A program made the position numbers and the translations under genes. Under the pieces are notes generated by a model. It saw only the letters and a list, made by a program, of their open reading frames with translations, was not told where the DNA came from and made no database searches. 47,511 nucleotides of DNA from Candidatus Woesearchaeota archaeon (GTDB lineage: Archaea > Nanobdellota > Nanobdellia > Woesearchaeales > CG1-02-33-12): the NCBI GenBank assembly GCA_017609385.1, contig JAFCEA010000005.1, positions 1 to 47,511 of the forward strand, read 5' to 3'. Below, in pieces: positions 16,552 to 24,754 of the stretch. Every line of letters begins with the position of its first letter. The stretch's first letter is position 1.

Positions 16552-17913
16552 ATGGTGCTTGAGAAGCTTGGAAGCTCGCTAAAAAATACCCTAAGCAAGA
16601 TAGCTAAAGCTATATTTGTAGATGAGAAACTCATAAATGAGCTTGTCAAGGACATACAAAGGGCATTATTACAGTCAGATGTTAATGTTAAATTAGTCTT
16701 TGATTTAACTAATAAGATAAAAGAGCGCGCCTTAAAAGAGGAAACTCCAGCTGGCCTCACAAAAAAAGAATATCTTGTAAAAGTAGTTTATGAGGAATTA
16801 GTAAATTTTGTTGGAAAAGAAGAAGGCAAGATAGAGATAAAAAAGAAACCAACAAAAATAATGCTTGTTGGCTTGTTTGGCTCTGGAAAAACAACTCAGG
16901 CAGGAAAGCTTGCAAAATATTATACAAAAAGGGGCTATAAGGTTGCACTGGTTGGCCTTGATACTCACAGGCCTGCTGCAATGGAACAGATTGAGCAGAT
17001 AGCTAAAAAAGCAAAGGTTCCTGTTTTTCTTGACAAAAAGGAAAAAAATCCATTGAAGATATGGAAAGAGTTTGAAAAGGAATTCAATAAGTACAATATA
17101 ATAATCATAGACACTTCTGGAAGGGATGCATTATCAAAGGATTTAATTGAGGAAATAAAAAAGATAAATAATGCTGTAAAGCCAGAGGAAAATCTTCTGG
17201 TAATAAGCGCTGACATTGGTCAGGCAGCCCAGAAACAAGCACAAAAATTTCATGAATCATGCAAGGTAACAGGAATAATTGTTACAAAGATGGACGGTAC
17301 TGCAAAAGCAGGAGGAGCCTTAACATCATGTGCTGCAACAGATGCAAAAATAAAGCTTATTGGTATTGGTGAAAAACTAGATGATTTAGAGATTTTCAAA
17401 CCAGAAGGATTTATTTCAAGACTGCTTGGAATGGGTGATTTGGAAGCATTACTAGAGAAAGCAGAGCAAGCAATATCCAAAGAGGATGCAGAGGATTTAG
17501 GAAAAAGATTCCTAAAGGGAGAGTTTAACTTAATCGACTTATATGAGCAGATGCAGGCAATGAGCAAGATGGGGCCATTGAGTAAAATAACTGAGATGAT
17601 CCCAGGATTTTCCAAGTTAAAGATGCCAAAGGACTTGTTGAAAGTTCAGGAAGGCAAGCTGAAAAAGTGGCGCTTTATAATGGATTCAATGTCAAAGCAG
17701 GAGCTTGAAAATCCGGATGTTATAAGCATTACAAGAATTGACAGGATTGCAAAGGGCTCAGGAACATCCACAAGGGAAATCAGGGAATTATTAAAGCAGT
17801 ACAGGCAGAGCAAAAAAATGGTAAAGCTCTTTAAGGGCGGCAATCAAAAAAGCATGGAAAGAATGATGAAAAAGTTCAGCGGAAAAGGAATGCCAAATAT
17901 AAAGTTTAAGTAA
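16552..17913 (+). CDS. srp54: Signal recognition particle protein SRP54
   Basis: N domain, GTPase G domain (GLFGSGKTTQAGKLA, DTSGR, TKMDG) and Met-rich M domain. Confidence 0.95.
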   Translation: MVLEKLGSSLKNTLSKIAKAIFVDEKLINELVKDIQRALLQSDVNVKLVFDLTNKIKERALKEETPAGLTKKEYLVKVVYEELVNFVGKEEGKIEIKKKPTKIMLVGLFGSGKTTQAGKLAKYYTKRGYKVALVGLDTHRPAAMEQIEQIAKKAKVPVFLDKKEKNPLKIWKEFEKEFNKYNIIIIDTSGRDALSKDLIEEIKKINNAVKPEENLLVISADIGQAAQKQAQKFHESCKVTGIIVTKMDGTAKAGGALTSCAATDAKIKLIGIGEKLDDLEIFKPEGFISRLLGMGDLEALLEKAEQAISKEDAEDLGKRFLKGEFNLIDLYEQMQAMSKMGPLSKITEMIPGFSKLKMPKDLLKVQEGKLKKWRFIMDSMSKQELENPDVISITRIDRIAKGSGTSTREIRELLKQYRQSKKMVKLFKGGNQKSMERMMKKFSGKGMPNIKFK

Positions 17914-17931
17914 AAGTATTAATTCTTTTAA

Positions 17932-18363
17932 TTAGCTTAACCCAGCTCTTATTGCTGCAATTATCAATCCTAGTATTATTCCTATTACCAAGCCACAAAA
18001 AAACTCCCTGACACCACACCTTAACTGCTCTTTTGGGCAGTAACTTCTCTGAAGTTTGTCAAGCTCTTCAACCCTTTTTCTGACTGTTTTGAGTGCCTCT
18101 TCCCTTGTTTTTGCTTTCAATAAATCCCTGCTAAGGTCAATATCATAAATAATATCCCTCACCCAGTTGCTGAAATCATTTCTATCTTTTGTTACATGAT
18201 GTTTAAATGTATTTTCATCCATTATTTCCAAGGCATCAGCAAGTTCTTGCAGGTTTCTTACAGATGCCCCCATGTGCAGATTAAAGTAGTGCCTTGGAAC
18301 AACATCCATTAGGATTAATTTTGCATCTTCTGGAAACAAAATTTTTCTTACTATTTTAATCAT
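17932..18363 (-). CDS. Small conserved-motif protein, paralog A (FKHHV...RNDFSNW motif, C-terminal TM anchor)
   Basis: Shares HYF...FKHHV..x..RNDFSNW(V/I)(R/K)D...LLK with the adjacent ORF. C-terminal hydrophobic helix FFCGLVIGIILGLIIAAI. Last gene of the tightly packed minus-strand glycogen operon. Confidence 0.6.
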   Translation of the reverse strand: MIKIVRKILFPEDAKLILMDVVPRHYFNLHMGASVRNLQELADALEIMDENTFKHHVTKDRNDFSNWVRDIIYDIDLSRDLLKAKTREEALKTVRKRVEELDKLQRSYCPKEQLRCGVREFFCGLVIGIILGLIIAAIRAGLS

Positions 18364-18367
18364 CCCT

Positions 18368-18697
18368 TTAGCTGAATTTCTTTATTATATGTTTTAAGAT
18401 GATTATCTGTGTTTTATCTTTGCTAGTTGTTTTCAAAAGCTCTTTTGCTAGCTTTTCTTCCTTAAAAACATCTTTAATCCAATTACTGAAATCATTTCTC
18501 ATTTCATTAACATGATGTTTAAATATGTCATCAGTCATTTTATCAAGCTGTTTGGATAAATCCAACACATTTTTTAAAATTGTTCCATCTTGAACAAAAA
18601 AATAATGCTCTGGATTAGCATCTCTTAATATATCTCTCTTCTTCATTGATTTTTTCTTAACCCCCCCTTTCTTTACAACTTTTCTTTTTGTTTTCAT
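18368..18697 (-). CDS. Small conserved-motif protein, paralog B (polybasic N-terminus, FKHHV...RNDFSNW motif)
   Basis: N-terminus MKTKRKVVKKGGVKKKSMKKRD, then the same motif set as paralog A. Its ATG overlaps the GH57 stop (ATGA at 18694-18697). Confidence 0.6.
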   Translation of the reverse strand: MKTKRKVVKKGGVKKKSMKKRDILRDANPEHYFFVQDGTILKNVLDLSKQLDKMTDDIFKHHVNEMRNDFSNWIKDVFKEEKLAKELLKTTSKDKTQIIILKHIIKKFS

Positions 18698-19961
18698 ACT
18701 ACCACCTCTTTTTTTAAAGTATTATGCTCTTTTAGCCTGAAGTTTATATCATTTAATATATTCATAAAGGTTATAAATGCATCATAAGGATTGTCATAAG
18801 GATTAAAATATTTATGCACATCACCATCATTGAACCACTTTGTGCACATGTAATAAAAATGGTCGCTTGTCTGAAGATTTCTCCAGTCATTAATAAGTTT
18901 TTTATCATTTGATTTTTTTATTGCTTCTTCTATAAGATATATCTCATTTATTGCTGATTTTTGCATGTCATTCCCATCCCATGCACTTGTATCTCTCTCA
19001 ATATCTGCCCATGAAACAGGGCTGTGAATATCTAGTTCTGCAACAGGATTATATGTTTTTACTGCCTCACTTGGAGTTTTGAAATCATTGTCAGGGTGCT
19101 TCAATAGCTCCTGAGGCAAGTATCTCAAAAAATTAAATATCCCTGTATCTGCCCACTGGTGCTCACCAAATGTCTCATAATCCATAAAAAGATTTACTAG
19201 ATTGCCATTTCCATTAACAGCATTAATCCAACTAGCATATTTATCAACTGTCAGCGGCCATTCCTTCCAGCTTCTGTCTGAAAACCTGAATGCAACATCA
19301 TCAGATAACTTGTAGTTTTTAAGCAAAAGCTTTATCCTTGATGTTGTTTTTGGCCTGTAAATAAAGTTGGGTGATCTCCAACCAAGTATATGATCAGCAC
19401 CTTCTGCCAGTATTCCCTTATAACCCATTGATTCAACAAAATTTGCAAGCTCATTATTATAGACAAGCTCTGTATTCCTGAAAATAGATGGATTTTGCTT
19501 AAACAAGCTTCTTATCTTTTTGTTATGCAAAATAACCTGCTCCTTAAATTCCTGTTTTGAATGCAGGAATGCAAGTGAATGATAGTATGTTTCATCAAGT
19601 ATTTCAACCTTGCCAGTATCAACTAGAATGCAAGTGAATGATAGTATGTTTCATCAAGTATTTCAACCTTGCCAGTATCAACTAGATCCTTAAATGATTG
19701 TAAAACATCTGGCATAAGCTCCTCAAATTGTTCCAAGATAACACCTGAAAAAGAATAGCTTATCTTAAATTCTTCATGCTTGTTAAGCAAATCAAGCATT
19801 AGCTCATTGGTTGGGAGATAACATTTTTCTGCAACCTTTTTTAGTATACCCAGATTCTTCTTCTTATTAGTATAACTATGATTCTTCCCAATCTCAAAAA
19901 CATTATATTCTCTCAGCCTATAAGGCTGGTGAACCTGGAAATAAAAACAAATTGATACCAT
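18694..19961 (-). pseudogene. Glycoside hydrolase family 57 (alpha-amylase/alpha-glucanotransferase-like), frame broken by a 59-bp tandem duplication
   Basis: The N-terminal fragment (19623-19961) starts MVSICFYFQVHQPYRLREY, the GH57 signature, and ends ...ETYYHSLAF*. The C-terminal fragment (18694-19530) continues the family. Deleting one 59-nt copy gives ...YYHSLAFLHSKQEFKEQVILHNKKIRSLF..., a 1209-nt open frame. Confidence 0.8.
19568..19685. repeat. Perfect 2 x 59-bp tandem direct duplication
   Basis: aatgcaagtgaatgatagtatgtttcatcaagtatttcaaccttgccagtatcaactag occurs at 19568-19626 and again at 19627-19685. Confidence 0.95.
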
Positions 19962-19999
19962 TTTATTGCTTTTTATTTAATTTTTTGAACCCTCCTTTA

Positions 20000-21211
20000 T
20001 TACATAGTTAATGCTTTTTTATAAACATCAATGCATTTTTTGGCACTATCATCCCAGCTGAATTTTTTTATTTCTATCAAGCCGTGCTCTTTCAAGCAAT
20101 GATGTAATGCATTATATTTAAGTACTGCTATTATTTTGTTGGCTATTTCATCTATATCCCAAAAATCAGCCTTAAGACAGTTTTTTATAACCTCTGAAAC
20201 ACCTGACTGCTTTGATATAATAACGGGTGTTCCATTTCTCATTGCTTCCAAGGGCGTTATCCCAAATGGCTCTGAAACAGAGGGCATAACATATAAGTCC
20301 GCCATTTTATATGCCTTGTCAACATCATCACCCCTTAAAAAACCAGTAAACAAGACATGCTTTGCTATTCCAAGTTTGGCTGCTCTCTCAACCATATTTA
20401 TTTCCATATCACCAGAGCCTGCAACAATAAACTTAATATCTTTTTCCTTTTCAAGTACTTTTTTAGCAGCATCAAGGAAATAATCAGGGCCTTTTTGCAA
20501 TGTTATCCTTCCAAGGAACAAAACTATTTTATCCTGGCTTTTTATCTCAAAATATTCCCTATCAAGAAAATCCTTAAATTCAATAGCATTATATACAACA
20601 AATACCTTTTCAGGGCTTATTCCATAATGCTCTATTATTTTATTTTTTGTAAAATTAGACACAGCTATAATCAAATCTGCAGCATGCATTCCCTTTCTTT
20701 CAATATCATAAACAGCCTGGTTTGGGTGGCCGCCAGTGCGATCAAACTCTGTTGCATGCACTTGTACGATCAATGGCTTTTTTGATACTTTTTTTGCTTC
20801 AATTCCTGCCAAAAAAGTCATCCAGTCATGGCAATGTATTAAATCAAAGGATTCATTTATTGCTATTTCCCTCGCTTTCATGGCATACCTGTTTACTTCC
20901 TCAAAAAGATTTTGTCCATAAATATTTCCAAAGTTTTTGTTGAAATATCTGCTTTTATATGTTTTGGCGTATCCCTCAGATGAGATATAAGGAACTAACA
21001 AAGAGCTTACTCTCTTAATATTAAGAAAACTAGTGCAACTTGCAATTATAAGATTAACAAAATCTGATTTAATTGGCCTTGGTGCTGTTGGCAGTACAAA
21101 TGTTATATTAACGTCCTGTTTGCTTAGGGCTTTTGTAAGGCCATAGCAAGCAGTTCCTAAGCCGCCTGTGTTAAAAGGCGGAAACTCCCAGCCAAACATT
21201 AAAACTTTCAT
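20000..21211 (-). CDS. Glycogen/starch synthase-like GT-B glycosyltransferase (GT5/GT4-type)
   Basis: N-terminus MKVLMFGWEFPPFNTGGLGTACYGLTKAL (KxGGL-like), C-terminal EPFGITPLEAM (E-x7-E region). ATG 21211 is preferred over TTG 21214. Confidence 0.72.
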   Translation of the reverse strand: MKVLMFGWEFPPFNTGGLGTACYGLTKALSKQDVNITFVLPTAPRPIKSDFVNLIIASCTSFLNIKRVSSLLVPYISSEGYAKTYKSRYFNKNFGNIYGQNLFEEVNRYAMKAREIAINESFDLIHCHDWMTFLAGIEAKKVSKKPLIVQVHATEFDRTGGHPNQAVYDIERKGMHAADLIIAVSNFTKNKIIEHYGISPEKVFVVYNAIEFKDFLDREYFEIKSQDKIVLFLGRITLQKGPDYFLDAAKKVLEKEKDIKFIVAGSGDMEINMVERAAKLGIAKHVLFTGFLRGDDVDKAYKMADLYVMPSVSEPFGITPLEAMRNGTPVIISKQSGVSEVIKNCLKADFWDIDEIANKIIAVLKYNALHHCLKEHGLIEIKKFSWDDSAKKCIDVYKKALTM

Positions 21212-21282
21212 CAAAATCCTCTTTTTATAGCTCTATCTAACTAAGTTAAACAGAAACAGTTACTACTTAAATAAGTTCTCGA

Positions 21283-21296
21283 TTACTAGATAGTAA
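21283..21296. promoter_or_regulatory. Inverted repeat TTACTA-GA-TAGTAA in the divergent promoter region (candidate operator)
   Basis: 6-2-6 inverted repeat. Additional half-sites are TTACTA at 21260-21265 and TAGTAG at 21303-21308, within the 190-bp spacer between the divergent glycogen operons. Confidence 0.3.
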
Positions 21297-21403
21297 CATA
21301 AATAGTAGTTTGTTGACAAATTCACCCTTAAAGAGATAAAACAAAACATATTTATATTAGTCTTGCCTTGTATGTGACATAAAAACATTTCTTGGGGGAT
21401 AAA

Positions 21404-21976
21404 ATGAGGGAAATTGATAAACAAGAGGAAATTATAGTTAAAGAACTTATAAAAAATCCAAGAATTTCTGACAACCAGATAAGCAAAAACACTGGTGTTC
21501 CTGTAAAGACAGTTAACAGAAAAAGAAAAAAACTTGAAAAGGAAGGGCTTCTTTATTACTTTGCATACCTTAACAATGGACCGCATGGAACAGGCATTTT
21601 CACAGCAAGACAATTGTATATAGTTACATTCAAGCTAGGAATAACAAGAAAGCAAATAGAAGAAATGATGAAAAAAGAGGAGCCAACCAAAACAGAGTTA
21701 AAGCATATAGCTGAATCTTATCTTGGTGATAGAGATGGCAATGTTATAATTGTTATGATAATTGAATCAAGGCGTGAATCTGATATTATTGAGATATTTA
21801 ATGCAGAACTAGTTCCAAAATTCAAAAGATATTTTGGCAATGATGCAATTATTAAGACAGAAGCGCTAACACTCAATATTCCAACAGTAATGCTGCGTAA
21901 CTACATGCCTTTGGTTAATATAATGCATGGGAAGGTCAAGGAAGACTGGCCAGATGAGCTAATATTTGTCGATTAA
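21404..21976 (+). CDS. Winged-helix (Lrp/AsnC-type HTH) transcriptional regulator with an unrecognised C-terminal domain
   Basis: N-terminus EIIVKELIKNPRISDNQISKNTGVPVKTVNRKRKKLEKEGLL matches the Lrp/AsnC-type HTH pattern. First gene of the plus-strand glycogen operon. Confidence 0.6.
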   Translation: MREIDKQEEIIVKELIKNPRISDNQISKNTGVPVKTVNRKRKKLEKEGLLYYFAYLNNGPHGTGIFTARQLYIVTFKLGITRKQIEEMMKKEEPTKTELKHIAESYLGDRDGNVIIVMIIESRRESDIIEIFNAELVPKFKRYFGNDAIIKTEALTLNIPTVMLRNYMPLVNIMHGKVKEDWPDELIFVD

Positions 21977-21977
21977 A

Positions 21978-23765
21978 ATGGAAAAAGAAGCAGATTATTT
22001 ATTTGAGGTTTCATGGGAAGTCTGTAATAAGGTTGGAGGCATTTACACTGTTGTTAAATCAAAAGCTGCTGAAATAATAGAATATTATAAGGGAAATTAT
22101 TTTACAATAGGTCCTTTTTTTCCAGAAAAAGTGGCTGGGGAATTCCAGGAAAAAGTTCCTTCAGATAAATTAAGGCAGGTATTTGAAAAACTGCAAAAAC
22201 AGGGTATAAAGTGTCATTATGGCAACTGGCTTATCAAGGGCGAGCCTAACACAATCCTGGTTGATTTTAGCGGCTTTACATCTAAAAAAGACGAAATAAA
22301 AACAAGTTTGTGGCAGAATTTTAAAATAGATTCACTTAACACACAATACTTTGATTTTGATGAGCCTGTTATTTGGTCATATGCCGTTGGAAAGCTCTTA
22401 GAGGAAATAAAAAATGTTTTTAAAGATAAAAAAATTGTTGCGCAGTTTCATGAATGGATGTCTGGAGCTGGCCTGCTTTATCTAAAGCAGAATAATATCA
22501 AGGTTGCAACTGTTTTTACAACACATGCAACAATACTCGGAAGAACAATGTCTTTTGCAAATGAAGAGCTTTATGAAACATTTGACAAGATAAATCCAGT
22601 GGAAAAGGCCTATGACTATGGCATACAGGCAAAATATCTTACAGAAAAGCAAAGCACATTAAATGCAAATGTATTTACAACAGTAAGTGAGATTACAGCC
22701 CTAGAAGCAGGGCATCTCTTAGGAAAAAAGCCAGATGTTCTCTTGCCAAATGGCCTTGACCTTAGGAAATTCCCAACATTTGAGGAGGCATCCATAAAAC
22801 ATCGTTTATACAGGGAAAGAATAAAGGAATTCCTGATGTATTATTTTTTCCCATATTATTCATTTGACCTTGATAATACTCTTTTTTATTTCCTGTGCGG
22901 AAGATATGAATTCAGGGCAAAGGGCATTGATATATTTATCAAGGCATTGGCAAAATTAAATGAAAAACTTAAAAAAGAGAAACATAACAAAACCATTGTG
23001 GCCTTTTTCTGGGTTCCTGGAGATATTAGGGCAATAAAAACAGGATTACTAGAAAATAAAACCTTTTTTAAAGATATAAAGGACGCTATTGATGATGATA
23101 TGGGTGAAATTAAAAACAGGATAATTTATTCAATAGTTTCAAAAAAGAGCATTACAGAAAAAAATATTTTTGATGAGGATTTTCTGCATGAAAACAAAAA
23201 AAAGGTTCTGAAGCTAATGAAAAAAGGAGATCCAGAGCTAACAACGCATGATTTGCATGATGAACAGAATAATTCTATTATCAATTCCCTTAGTAAAGCT
23301 GGCTTATTAAACAAAAAAGAAGACAGGGTGAAAGTAGTTTTTTATCCAATCTATCTAACTGGAGCAGACAGGCTTCTTGATTTGGGTTATTATGAATGTA
23401 TGCAGGGCTCACATCTTGGTGTGTTTCCATCATATTATGAGCCATGGGGTTACACCCCTTTGGAAGCAGCTGCACTTGGTGTTTCATCTGTAACAACAGA
23501 CCTTGCTGGATTTGGAAGGTATGTTAATGAAAAATCAGTTCAAACTAAAAATCCAGGCATATTTGTTCTGAAAAGATTAGGCAAAAAAGATGATGAGGTT
23601 GTTGAAGAGCTTGCCAATGCACTTTATTATTTCAGTAGTTTATCAAAACAGGAAAGAATAAAAAACAAGATGGAAGCGCAAAGACTTGCTTCATTAGCTG
23701 ATTGGGAGGTTTTAATCAAAAATTATATTGAAGCACATAATCTCGCTGTAAAGAGGCTTGGTTAA
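21978..23765 (+). CDS. Glycogen synthase, eukaryote-like GT3 family
   Basis: N-terminus LFEVSWEVCNKVGGIYTVVKSKA is the hallmark of GT3 glycogen synthases. C-terminal YEPWGYTPLEAAALGVSSVTTDLAGFG. The ATG follows the regulator stop by 1 nt. Confidence 0.85.
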   Translation: MEKEADYLFEVSWEVCNKVGGIYTVVKSKAAEIIEYYKGNYFTIGPFFPEKVAGEFQEKVPSDKLRQVFEKLQKQGIKCHYGNWLIKGEPNTILVDFSGFTSKKDEIKTSLWQNFKIDSLNTQYFDFDEPVIWSYAVGKLLEEIKNVFKDKKIVAQFHEWMSGAGLLYLKQNNIKVATVFTTHATILGRTMSFANEELYETFDKINPVEKAYDYGIQAKYLTEKQSTLNANVFTTVSEITALEAGHLLGKKPDVLLPNGLDLRKFPTFEEASIKHRLYRERIKEFLMYYFFPYYSFDLDNTLFYFLCGRYEFRAKGIDIFIKALAKLNEKLKKEKHNKTIVAFFWVPGDIRAIKTGLLENKTFFKDIKDAIDDDMGEIKNRIIYSIVSKKSITEKNIFDEDFLHENKKKVLKLMKKGDPELTTHDLHDEQNNSIINSLSKAGLLNKKEDRVKVVFYPIYLTGADRLLDLGYYECMQGSHLGVFPSYYEPWGYTPLEAAALGVSSVTTDLAGFGRYVNEKSVQTKNPGIFVLKRLGKKDDEVVEELANALYYFSSLSKQERIKNKMEAQRLASLADWEVLIKNYIEAHNLAVKRLG

Positions 23766-24708
23766 AATAGAACTCAGAAAAGATTATATATTAAATAGAT
23801 GGGTTATTATAGCTTCTGAAAGAAAGAAAAGGCCAAAAGAATTTAAGAAAATTAAAACAAAAAAAGAGGGAATTTGCTATTTCTGTCCTGGCAATGAAAA
23901 CCTCACTCCAAAAGAGACTGGAAGGATTGAAAAAAACAACAAATGGATTATAAGGTGGTTTCCAAACAAGTTTCCTGCTGTAAGCCATGAGGGAAGCCCT
24001 GAAATAAGGTGTGCAAACAAGTATTTTACATATGCTGATGCATTTGGAATCCATGAGGTAATAGTTGAAACACCTAATCATAACAAGCAGTTAGCTGATT
24101 TAGCAGAAAATCACATAAAAGAAATCTTGAAAGTGTATGCCAATAGGATAACTGAATTAAGCAAAACAGCTGGCACAAAGTATGTTCTTATTTTTAGGAA
24201 TGAGGGAATGGAAGCAGGAACCTCACTAATACATTCACACACACAACTAATGACATATAACAAGATTCCTGCTTTGGTTGAGGATGAGATTAATGCATCT
24301 AAAGCTTATGGAACATGCCCATACTGTGAGATAATCAATATTGAGAAAAACAGTTACAGAAGAGTTTTTGAGAACAACTCTTTTGTGAGTTTTACGCCAT
24401 ATGCATCAAGATTTAATTATGAGGTTTGGATATTTCCAAAAGAGCATATAAGGAATATAATAGAGATGAATGAAAAAAAGCTATTGGATTTGGCTTCAAT
24501 GCTTAAAAAGATCTTGCTAAAACTAAAGGAAATAAATCTTCCATATAACTTCTTCCTGCATTATGCTCCTGAGGGAAAAGATTTACACTTTCATATTGAA
24601 GTCTGCCCAAGGCTTGCTACATGGGCTGGTTTTGAGCTAGCTACAAATGCAACAATAAATTCTGTAAGCCCAGAGGATGCTGCAAAATTTTACAGGGGAG
24701 AGGAATAA
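23758..24708 (+). CDS. galT: GalT-family (HIT superfamily) hexose-1-phosphate nucleotidyltransferase / NDP-sugar phosphorylase
   Basis: Zinc motif CYFCPGNE and catalytic HSHTQL (HxHxQ). TTG start overlaps the end of the GT3 gene by 8 nt. Confidence 0.78.
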   Translation: MVKIELRKDYILNRWVIIASERKKRPKEFKKIKTKKEGICYFCPGNENLTPKETGRIEKNNKWIIRWFPNKFPAVSHEGSPEIRCANKYFTYADAFGIHEVIVETPNHNKQLADLAENHIKEILKVYANRITELSKTAGTKYVLIFRNEGMEAGTSLIHSHTQLMTYNKIPALVEDEINASKAYGTCPYCEIINIEKNSYRRVFENNSFVSFTPYASRFNYEVWIFPKEHIRNIIEMNEKKLLDLASMLKKILLKLKEINLPYNFFLHYAPEGKDLHFHIEVCPRLATWAGFELATNATINSVSPEDAAKFYRGEE

Positions 24709-24754
24709 AAGATAAGAAATATATACTAGAATTTATTTTTATTTCGCTTAAAAA

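Noticed and set aside
19962-19999. SD-like aggaggg just downstream of the glycogen-synthase stop, as a possible alternative upstream start for GH57
   Set aside because: It lies about 30 nt from the GH57 ATG with in-frame stops between them, and no start codon sits at a functional spacing.
20136-20943. Several plus-strand ORFs of 61-142 aa
   Set aside because: All are antisense to the glycogen-synthase-like gene and none has a recognisable motif.
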